A DNA stretch of 64,000 bases from Xylographa opegraphella (Eukaryota), in the NCBI GenBank assembly GCA_022813865.1, contig JALDZX010000064.1:1-64000 (forward strand), given 5' to 3'. The translations under genes were made by a program, and so were the position numbers. Of this stretch, positions 37,258 to 47,954 are shown piece after piece. The notes under the pieces are model-generated. The model was given only the letters and a program-made list of their open reading frames with translations. It had not been told where the DNA came from and searched no databases. Numbering within the stretch: position 1 is the first letter of the stretch; each line of letters begins with the position of its first letter.

Positions 37258-38771
37258 TCACGCCTCTCCATTCGTGTCGTCCATGGACATGCTTTGCTCT
37301 CGGTGCATGCGCGCCTCAATCTCCTTGAGTTGACTCTCGCGCGCCAACAGTTCCTGCCTCTTCTCGTTGATTTCGCGCTGTACCTTGACCTCGATTTCGC
37401 GTAGCTTCTCTTCTTCACGTCGTAGTTGCTCTTCCTTCAGTCGCACGGACTGTGAAGCCAAGTCATCTGGGTTCATTGACGAGTCACTGTTCCTTCCATT
37501 GCGGTCAGCATTTGATGATTAGAGACAGATATGTTGTCGACTTACACGCCAGCACCACCCTCAACACCCTTGCTAAGTTTGTCGGTTCGGTAATTCTCAT
37601 AGAGGAAGTCGTTGGTGATTTCCTTGAGATCTGCAAGATGACTGTGTAATAGAGCGCTTCGGATGGCTAAGAAATCAGAGTGGCGAGGATTGTCCACCTC
37701 AACCACACCCCATGGATATTGTCTGGCACGGACTTTGCGTCCACCAATATCCACAACCTCTTCAGAGCCCACAATTGCGAATGGCATTAGTCCACGTAAT
37801 TCTGCATTTTCCTCCACCGTATCCTCATCATCCTCTTCAACATCGTAAGGGAAGTTGTAAACGGGTATACGGTAGTGCTCAATGTCCTCCATAACAAGCT
37901 TCTTGGACTCGGCGAGTTCAGCAGGTGTCAGAGAGTCTGCTTTGCCAATGACTGGGATGACGTTGACACGGGGAGAAAGGCGCTTCATGAGTTCGATATC
38001 CAGCTCGCGGAGTCTGTACTTGGGATTAGTCTATGGCAACCCGGTCAGGCAGATTCAAGTTGGACTGACCCATGACCAGTGGGAGTGATAAAATATAGGA
38101 GAGCATGAACACGGTTGTCCTTGAAACGTGGGTTACGCTTGATTCTGGACTCTTCAGCCAAGATGTTATCGTACTCTCTCTCGAGGTATTCAACAATTTC
38201 GGAGAAGCTAAAGTAAAATTTTAGTATACCGGTGATCAACGTCAGGAAGGGAAATGTAATACCTGGATTCGTTGTCGATCTGATCACCGAAGCCAGGAGT
38301 GTCCACAATAGTCAAAGAGATTCGCGTCCCTTCTTCGTCAAGTTCGAGGTCTAGAGAGTATGAGTATGACAACCACACGCGAAGCCGATGGTTATAAATC
38401 ACTACGTACCAACAGTAACAGGCTTGATTTTTACACCCTCCTCGAGATGTGCAGTGGAAGCATCATCTGAATCCTTCCCTCGGAGTACCTTCTTGCCACA
38501 GAGAGTATTCACGAATGTAGTCCGACCTGTCCACAAATCAGTCTTCTTACTGTGATATCAACAAACAGCTGGTGTACCGGTCCCTGAAGCACCGCAAACC
38601 ATAAGACAGAATTGAATTCCCTTCTTGAAATTCTTCTTCCGCCGCATCTTGATCTATGTGGCCGATAAAGTCAGCTAAGATGCTCTGTTGGGTTTGCACA
38701 AGAGCTCGAGCAGCTTGGATGAAGAAGATTCTATGATTCGCATGGCGTACCGCATTGAGGGGTGAAGACAT
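37258..38771 (-). CDS. CDC11: Septin Cdc11/AspA, multi-exon
   Basis: MVCGASGTGRTTFVNTL P-loop variant, DTPGFGD, NPRFKDNRVH, GKAD, RQYPWG, C-terminal coiled coil. Confidence 0.95.
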
Positions 38772-39127
38772 GTCTGAAGCGTTCTAGGTTTTCAATAATG
38801 CACAGGTAAGCGCAATGTTGGCGTCTTGGGCTGTGGAATGTGAGCTTTTGATGTCGTCCGCCGTGCCTTCAGAAGCTAAAGGGGTCCTTCGAAATAAAGC
38901 TGGGGTCACGGCAGTGGAAGCTGTCTAACCTAAAAGGGTAAAGCGCCCGGTGGTCAAAACAGCCGATCTCACACTCAGCGAGGTAGGTCATTGGGTGTTT
39001 TGATGCCGGACGATGGATACACATCATGCCTACGAGTACTACTCATGACGGTGAATCCTACTCAATCTGTGGCTTCTTGCCGCCAACCTAGGCTTCTAGC
39101 ACCTAGGACTATCTATCCGGAGGCGCC

Positions 39128-40530
39128 ATGAATACAAGACAAGCTATCGACGAGTCTCCGGGACCTATCTCGTTATCTGTGGCTTTTAACCAGGACAGTA
39201 GCTGCTTCTCTGTGGGACTTGATTCTGGCTTCTGCGGTAACGAAACTTTTATAGCCCCTCTTTGTTAGACAAATCAGCTAACGAAGCTACCACTAGTCTT
39301 CAACACTGAGCCATGCGAACTCAAGGTATCCCGCGGTATGCATTCTGCCTTACGCTATACAAATTACAAAGTAGTAAGGACTTATACCGAGGACTTAGAT
39401 TTCAATGCCGGTATCGCAGTTGCAGAGATGCTTGGCCGCGCGAACTACATAGCTCTCGTCGGCGGAGGAAAGCAACCAAAGTTTCCGCAGAACAAGGTCG
39501 GTATGGTTCCAGGTCTCTTCACTGTTGTTTTTGTATCTTTTCATTGACTACTCACAGGTGATAATCTGGGATGATGCAAAGCAGAAGGCGGTGATTACCT
39601 TAGAATTCCGAACGCAGGTTCATCGAGTACGATTGTCCCGCTCTCGAATTGTGGTCGCGCTCCAGAACAGTATTCATATGTACGCATTCTCCTCACCGCC
39701 AGAAAAACTGTCCGTGTTTGAGACGGCGGATAATCTTAATGGTCTCTGCTGTCTGGGAACCAAAGTCGTAGCATTTCCTGGGAATGCTACGGGCCGTGTA
39801 CAGTTAGTAGAGATTGATACCGGCAACGTTAGTATAATACCAGCGCATGGCTCTCCTCTCAAAGCTATGGAACTGAGTCCTGACGGTCAAGTTCTTGCTA
39901 CTGCCAGCGAGACCGTAAGTCAAACACTGGATATGTATCAGCATTCTTCGATTGATTATTGTTCAGGGCACACTCATCCGCATCTTCGCAACAAGTAACT
40001 GTGCACGGATTGCAGAGCTACGTCGGGGTGTTGATCACGCTACCATATATTCTATCGGCATATCTCCTGACAACACATTACTGGCGGTTACTTCAGACAA
40101 GTCTACCTTACACATCTTCGATCTGCCTCATCCTCTACGAGATGACTACAATAATAGCCCGCAAGTTGGAACGGCAAGCAGTGTTCACTCTATAGGCAGC
40201 ATTGACGAAGCTCCAAACCAGAAGTGGGGAATACTTGGAAAAATTCCCCTGCTACCGAGGGTCTTCTCTGACGTTTATTCATTCACATCCGCTCATTTCG
40301 AGACCGTAGATGATCCATCCATAGGAGGCGTAGGTGCTCCTTATATACCTATACCAGGTGTTCCAGGGGGGAAAGCTGCAAAAGGCATTATCGGCTGGTT
40401 GAACGAGTACACCATCATGGTTATCGGTGCAGGAAGAGACGGGAGATGGGAGAGGTTCATCGTCGGAACCGCAGACGACGGAAGACGGCACTGCATTAGA
40501 AACGGTTGGAAACGATATCTTGGCAGTTGA
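39128..40530 (+). CDS. HSV2: PROPPIN WD40 protein Hsv2 (SVP1-like 2)
   Basis: MNTRQAI start, FNQD, GGGKQPKFPQNK, LATASETGTLIRIF, ELRRG phosphoinositide-binding motif, SDKSTLHIFD. Confidence 0.92.
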
Positions 40531-40833
40531 ATGCAGCAAGCCCGAAGTATGTGCTACAGTACTCTTGCCGTCTGGGGCAGATATCATTCATTCCGGATGG
40601 AGTTTCTTCATGCTACACTATAGTCAGTACTGGGTGGGCCTACAGCATACAAAGGATAGTATTAATGACATCACGAAGTCATGGGCATGGATAAGGGTGG
40701 CATTTCCCAGAATGGGATCTATAAGGTCTTAATAATAACAGACATGGCATTTCATCCACAACATGGTATTCGTTTCAAGATCAACGCCCGCTATGCAAGG
40801 TCGGAAAAAAAGACCAGGATGCGAGAAAGCACA

Positions 40834-42382
40834 TCACCGTGCTCCGGTGCCAAATTCTTTGTTGAAAGCCCTCCCGATAACAATCCTTCTGACCTCACTC
40901 GTTCCTGCTCCAATCTCATACAGCTTCGCATCTCTTAGCAGCCGTCCCGCCGGCACCTCGTTAACATATCCCATCCCACCCATGAGTTGAATCGCGTCAA
41001 GAGCACACTCCGTCGCTCGCTCCGCTGCGTAGAGAATGCTTCCCGCGCAGTCCTGGGTCTTGATCATCCCTCCTTCGTCGATTGACTTCGCTGTGCTGTA
41101 AGTGTAGGATCGTGATGCTTGCATCTTCGTGTACATATCTGCGAGCTTGCCCTGCACGAGCTGGTTTTGTGCGAGTGGGATGCCGAATTGCATGCGAGTG
41201 TGTGTGTACGGCAAGACAAGGTCGAGAGCAGCTTGCATTATTCTGCACCAGATTTGCACTGTTAGACATCAAGGCTACGCTGTCGCTGGTCAGGGGGCAA
41301 AGGGAGTAGTATACCCTAAAGGTCCCGCACTAAGGACTAGCCGCTCGATATCCAAGCCTTCCATAAGAACTTTCACGCCTCGATTGACCTCACCGAGTAG
41401 GTTTTCTTGGGGAATGAAAACGTTGCCGAAGACAAGCTCGCCGGTATTGGAGCCGCGCATACCGAGTTTGTCGAGCTTACGAGCTACTGAAAAACCCGAA
41501 GCGGTACTATCCACAATGAACGCTGTAATGCCCTTGGAAGCCTTCTCGGATTCTGTTTTGGCGTATACAACAATGTGATGCGCTTCAGGGCCCTATCGAG
41601 GCGTCAGACTGGGCAGTTGAGTGTCAACATAGAAGATCTACGTTTGTTATCCACATCTTTGTGCCATTGAGGACCCATCCTCCATCCACAGCTTTAGCAG
41701 TTGTTTTCATGCTCACAACGTCCGACCCAGCGGAATGCTCAGACATGGCCAGCGCGCCAATTTTCTGACCGGAGATTAATCCTGGGAGATATCGATCTTT
41801 CTGCTCGGGAGTTCCATTTAGGGATAGTTGGTTGATACACAACTGCGAGTGGGCGGCATAGGATAGGCCGATACTTCCTAGTAAAGTCAGCGGTGTTCGT
41901 TTCTCTTATTCAGACGGGCAAACCTGATGCTCTGCTGATCTCTTCCATCACAATGCAATGAGCTTGGTAACCCATGGCGAGTCCGCCGTAGTCTTCGTCT
42001 GCTGTTATACCAAGAAAGCTATCCTGTTGATGAGCTTATACTTCTTCCATTGAGAGAGATATAGCCTTCAAAATACCCAGCTTCCCCAAACTTCTTCCAC
42101 ATATCGGATGGGAACTCATTTTCTCGGTCCGTCCTTGCGGCAACTTCCTCAGGTATTTCCCTTCCTGGTACATGTCAATCAAAACCGTCACGAATGGCTG
42201 TAGACCTTCATACTCGTGAAATCTTGAACCCGCTCTCTAAGTTCCGTCAGGTCTTCATTAGTTGGAACTTGGAAGCCTGTAGGGTGTTTCGTCGAAACCG
42301 CGCGGACAATTGTATGAACGGAATGGAAACTTGGTCGGGATCTTCCCACTTGCCGGATTACGTTCGTGAGAGCTCTATGCAT
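40834..42382 (-). CDS. ivdA: Isovaleryl-CoA dehydrogenase, mitochondrial, multi-exon
   Basis: [65 protein letters not shown]. Confidence 0.93.
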
Positions 42383-42523
42383 GGTGGCAGTGAACATTTT
42401 TCATGTAAATATCCAGCATTTTTACCTTAATGTCTCGTACGCTGCGGCGTACATAGACTCATAAACGCGGGGAAAGCTACTTCGGTTATCGTCGGCGCTC
42501 CCTGGCTTAGGGCTTTGTTCGTC

Positions 42524-42529
42524 CCGAGG
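42524..42529. promoter_or_regulatory. CCGAGG (FarA/FarB-type) site in the ~330-bp divergent ivdA/mccA promoter
   Basis: Exact motif match; function inferred from Aspergillus fatty-acid regulon knowledge. Confidence 0.4.
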
Positions 42530-42709
42530 TACCTTAAGTCGTCAGCAGACGATACCCAGACTCGTGCATGAATTTGCGCTTATTGATTGAAAAATCTGGT
42601 CTGTATCCTTGAATTGGGAAAGGTGATTGACTTGGCTTCTTGCTATTCATGGGCCTGCTGTTCCACTAAGCTTCGAATCAGTCGCCATCTCTGTCTTCGT
42701 TATTCTGAT

Positions 42710-45086
42710 ATGTACTGGTCTGCAGCGCTTTGGCGCCATCGATTGGCACGAAACCATGCACTACCAGTGATTTTAAGAAGCGTTTCATTTTCTAGTGAAG
42801 GACAGGCTTGCTCTACAGTACCGCTGAACTCTATTCTCATCGCTAATCGTGGTGAAATTGCTCTGTTGGTAGCATCCATTTGTTGTGACAACTTGCATTG
42901 ACTCTGTCCAGACGAGTAGCTCGTACTACAGCTCAATATGGCATACGAACGACCACTATTTATACAGATCCTGACGCGAGATCACAGCATGCATTGAGCT
43001 CTCCATACGCTGTTAACCTTGGCGATCCTAAAGCCTACCTTGACGGAGATGCAATTATCAAGGTCGCCAAGGAACATGGTTGTAGTGGTATTCACCCAGG
43101 ATATGGCTTTGTATGTGTCTCGTGTTTTGTATTGGACGCTCCCTCCTGCTGACACACATAGCTTAGCGAAAACTCGGCCTTTGCTCGCAACTGTACTGAT
43201 GCAGGGCTTGTATTTATTGGTCCGCCATGGGAAGCGATTGAGGCTATGGGCAACAAGAGGTCTGTTCTTTAAGAGTACAAGTGCACTACCACTAAACGTA
43301 TTATAGTCGATCTAAGGATATTATGTTAGCAGCCGGCGTTCCATGCATTCCGGGCTATCATGGTTTAAACCAGGATCCTCAATATCTGAAGGCGGAAGCG
43401 GAGAAAATCGGATTTCCGGTGCTCTTGAAAGCTGTGAAAGGCGGTGGTGGCAAAGGCATGCGAATTGCGATGACCGTAGATGTTTTTGACGATCAATTGA
43501 ACTCGGCAAAGTCAGAAGCGAGAAGTTCTTTCGGTGACGATGTGATGCTTGTTGAAAAATATATCACTACTCCACGTCATATAGAGGTACAGGTATTTGC
43601 AGACAAATACGGGAACTGTGTTGCGCTTGGGGAGAGAGATTGCAGCATCCAGAGAAGACACCAAAAGATACTCGAAGAGTCTCCAGCTCCGCACCTAAAG
43701 GAATCTGTGCGCCAAGATCTTTGGGCAAAAGCTCGTGCTGCAGCGCTAGCTGTCGGGTACGAGGGTGCAGGGACTGTCGAATTCATTTTCGACAACGAGA
43801 CAGGGGAGTTTTTCTTCATGGAAATGAACACAAGATTACAGGTCGAGCACCCCGTGACGGAAATGGTCACCGGCGAAGATCTGGTACATTGGCAACTTTT
43901 GGTTGCGTCCGGTGGTAGGTTGCCGTTGACTCAGGAGGAAATCGAGGTCCGAATTGCAAGCTTGGGATCGGCTATAGAAGCCAGGATATACGCAGAAAAT
44001 CCAAAAATGTGAGAAACGATGCTAAATCCTAGACCTTTTTTGCTGAACAAAAACCAGGGATTTTATACCAGACTCGGGCCACCTCTCTCACCTGCAGCTG
44101 CCAAGTTTAAGTTCGACTGTCCGTGTGGATGCAGGCTTCGTCGCAGGAGATGAAGTCTCTTCACACTATGATCCTATGATAGCAAAGTTGATCGTACGAG
44201 GTCCAGACCGTAAAACGGCTTTACAGAAACTGGCCACTGCATTAGAAGAATACGAGGTGGCCGGTCCTATCACTAACATTGAGTTCCTGAAACGTGTCTG
44301 CCGCCACCCTGCCTTCATCGCTGGCGAAGTCGAAACTGGATTTATTCCCAAACATAGAGAAGATCTATTCAAGGATATCCCTCCATCCCCAGAAGTCTAT
44401 GCTCAAGCTGCCATAGGCACCGTACTAAAAGAAATCGCTGTCATGGGAGATTATACTTCCATCGGCAGTGATACCCTAGGATTTGCAATCGGGTTTCAAA
44501 AGCAGGTCCTTCGTTTCATGACCGTCATGGAAACAGGTAGCAGGGATGTCAATGAAGTCGAGATCGAAGTCACTCAAACCATAAGCGAAGACTTCGGCGT
44601 CAAGATTAACGGCACGTCTTATAATGGAGTTCGGAGCTATTGGGACAAACACAACAATATGCTAACCTCTTACTTTCCTCATACTCGCTTAGATACACGA
44701 CTTATATTCGACGAATCCAAGGTTACTATTTTCCAAAAGGGTACACAATATCGCCTACAATATGCTTTACCTAAATGGATGGAAAAGGCTCTTGGTGTCA
44801 AGGACATCACCAATAGTGTGTTGGCCCCGATGCCGTGCAAGGTCCTTCGAGTCATGGTATCCGAAGGCGATTCTGTAATCACAGATCAGGCGCTAGTTGT
44901 GATTGAAAGCATGAAGATGGAGACTACAATCAGAAGTCCCCAAGATGGTATCGTATCTAAGATCGTGCATCAGCAAGGGGTAAGCCTGATATTCATATGT
45001 TCCTCGAATGGTACTGATTTGTATTGACTTGATAGGAATTATGCAAAGCTGGGACTGCGCTAGTGGAGTTTGAAGAGAAGACTTGA
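42710..45086 (+). CDS. mccA: 3-methylcrotonyl-CoA carboxylase alpha (biotin) subunit, multi-exon
   Basis: [58 protein letters not shown] biotinylation motif; divergent from ivdA. Confidence 0.93.
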
Positions 45087-45840
45087 TGCTACTTCAGATT
45101 TCCGATCCGGAACAATTCACCAACAGTACGATAGACTAGCTTCTCAAGCACCATTCGCGTCATACTGGGAACTGTGAAATAAGTCCTAAGTATTCAGATA
45201 TCCCTTGGTTTTGGATACTGGCGGAGAAAGCACATATCACTTCAGAGCTGTGGTACACATGGGAGAACTACAGAATACCATACCTTGCATGGCGCCGTAC
45301 CAGCAAAAGTATGAACTGCTCGTACTGGAGGACATATGGCTCCTAAATGACTGGACACATCGGCGGGCCTCTATCGCACTGTGTTCAGCCAAAACTGGGC
45401 GGATGGCTATCAGGTGGTTTGGGTAATGAATAGGCCTAATGGTGCCGCAGAATGTGGTAGAGCGCATCACTCAGACGCTGCATCCGTGGGTTACATGAAC
45501 CGGCTGTGTTATCTCCGGTCTTCAGATCTTTGTGTATGGAGCAGCTGAGCATGATACTTCGGTGTACGAGTAGATAGTGTAGCACAGAAAGGAAGGCCTT
45601 TAAAACAACTCCTCATGCGATCAACTTCCAAGACTAGTGTTGCATATGCTGGTTACTATACGAGAAGCAGAAAAGCATGATGTTTCTATTTCAGCAATAA
45701 GATTATCAGTCCGTGCCTGCAGGTTGTGAGTAATGAAGATTGCACGCTACATCAACGGTGTCCTTCATAGGTAACATTGTGGTTGAAAGGGTCACTTTCA
45801 CCGGAGGCGGATCAACAAAAGAGCGAACCCCACAGTCAAG

Positions 45841-45867
45841 CCTCGGCCGAGCATGTGAGGTCCGAGG
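45841..45867. promoter_or_regulatory. Two FarA/FarB-type sites (CCTCGG 45841-45846, CCGAGG 45862-45867) upstream of the acyl-CoA dehydrogenase
   Basis: Exact inverted pair ~150 bp upstream of ATG 46012. Confidence 0.5.
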
Positions 45868-46011
45868 CAGCGGTAACCGTCGGCTTTACCCTAATGATAC
45901 ACCATCCTCTTTTATAACATTCTTGTTCTTGTCGCCCCTGTCCCTCGCTCCAATCCTTAACGGAAAGGAATTCTTCAAAACCCCAGGAACAACTTACTGT
46001 AGATAATCATA

Positions 46012-47454
46012 ATGGCTTCAGCAATAACGGCTCTCAGACCACTGCTCCGCAGCACTGGGCCTCGCCCTATACCTCTACGCTCATTTCCGTCCAGATTACA
46101 ATGGTGAGCGGTATACTCAACTGGTAGGATGGACAAGCAACATCTAACTTTAGTGTTCAAGCATGCGACCACTTTCGTCAACCGCACGTCGGCGACAGGC
46201 AGACGTCCTCGATATCTCAGCCATCCCCCCCACGCCCATATCTCACATGTCCGAGACCGAAATGATGATGGCAGAGTCTGTTTCAAAATTCGCACAAGAT
46301 ATCATGCTGCCCAAGGTCCGGGAGATGGACGAGGCAGAGAAAATGGACCCGGCTCTCGTCGAGCAGCTCTTCGAGCAAGGGCTTATGGGCATTGAGATAC
46401 CAGAAGAGTATGGCGGGGCAGGAATGAATTTCACTGCAGCTATAGTCGGGATTGAAGAGCTGGCGAGGGTAGATCCTAGCGTCAGTGTACTGGTTGATGT
46501 CCACAACACCCTTGTCAATACCGCAATACTGAAGTACGGCACCGCGGAGTCAAAGCGGAAGTGGCTACCACGGCTCGCGACGGAGACGGTGGGATCTTTC
46601 TGTCTCTCCGAGCCAGCCTCGGGCTCAGATGCCTTCGCGCTGCGCACAAGGGCCGAAAAAACAGCCTCCGGCTACAAGATTAACGGGTCCAAGATGTGGA
46701 TAACCAATTCTGTGGAAGCCAACTTCTTTATCGTCTTCGCCAACCTCGACCCCAGCAAAGGCTACAAGGGCATCACAGCATTCGTTGTTGAAAAAGACAC
46801 CAAGGGCTTCTCAATTGCCAAGAAGGAGAGGAAGCTTGGCATTCGCGCCAGTAGCACCTGCGTCATCAACTTCGACGACGTGGAGATTCCTCGAGACCAA
46901 CTCCTTGGCGAGGAAGGCCAAGGCTATAAGTATGCCATAGGTCTTTTGAACGAGGGCCGCATTGGTATCGCCGCTCAGATGACCGGCCTTGCCCTCGGCG
47001 CCTGGGAAAATGCTGCAACGTATGTCTTTTTTACCTGTCATTCTCACCTATACCACTAGAAATACTTACTTACTGACTCCCACCTAGCTACGTCTGGAAC
47101 GACCGCAAACAATTCGGTCAATTAGTCGGCGAGTTCCAAGGCATGCAACACCAGATGGCCCAGGCGTACACGGAGATCTCCGCCGCCCGCGGCCTCGTCT
47201 ACAACGCGGCCCGCAAGAAAGAAGCTGGTGAGGATTTCGTGCGAGACGCGGCGATGGCCAAGCTCTACGCCAGCCAAGTCGCCGGCCGGGTGAGCGGGCA
47301 GGCGATCGAGTGGATGGGCGGCATGGGCTTCGTGCGAGAAGGCATCGCCGAGAAAATGTTCCGCGACAGCAAGATCGGCGCGATCTACGAGGGCACGAGC
47401 AACATCCAGCTGCAGACGATTGCAAAATTGCTGCAGAAGGAGTATACCAAATAA
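46012..47454 (+). CDS. scdA: Short/branched-chain acyl-CoA dehydrogenase (ACADSB-like), mitochondrial, 3 exons
   Basis: DPSVSVLVDVHNTLV, SFCLSEPASGSDAFAL, KLGIRASSTC, LNEGRIGIAAQM, RDSKIGAIYEGTSNIQL. Confidence 0.9.
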
Positions 47455-47954
47455 GTCGAAGGCTCTAGGGCTTGCTCTTTTAGCTGAGGCCCTCTATGGG
47501 TCAGCTACTAGCCATCCGGACGTTTTCGGAAACGCTAGTCGACAGCCGCTAGGCTGAGGATCGTCCGAAGTATTCCGAGAGCTTGGGGAGATGATTTGAA
47601 GTGAGAGGGAACGGAGCAGGATAATCTACAAATAGTCTTTTTCAGGCGTGAGCAAAGTCACAATCACAACGCGGCTGGCTGACTGCCACATAACTGCATC
47701 TGAGGCGTTGGTTTCCCGCATGGGCATGGATGGAATGGGTGTCAGGAATTGTGGAATATGGTATTTTGGCCGCACCATAGCACGCGTCTCAAAAACGGGA
47801 ATATTGTTATATTATCGCGTTGTATTGACTAGATTCAAAGGATCTTATAATGTGACATAACATATCGCGAAGCTTCCGCATCCAGACTCGTAAGGGGAAA
47901 AAAGGGGGGAAAAAAAGATTAACCCTAAGAACCGCAGACTTAATCCTCGACCCC

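Noticed and set aside
45205..45560. Short ORFs between mccA and the acyl-CoA dehydrogenase
   Set aside because: No motifs or coherent gene model
47529..47570. Canonical hammerhead ribozyme call
   Set aside because: Core words are present but stem I does not pair after GUC and stem II is not closed; kept only as a generic structured element
47918..47929. TTAACCCTAA telomere-repeat or telomerase-template-like word
   Set aside because: A single short match just downstream of a coding gene with no supporting repeats or structure
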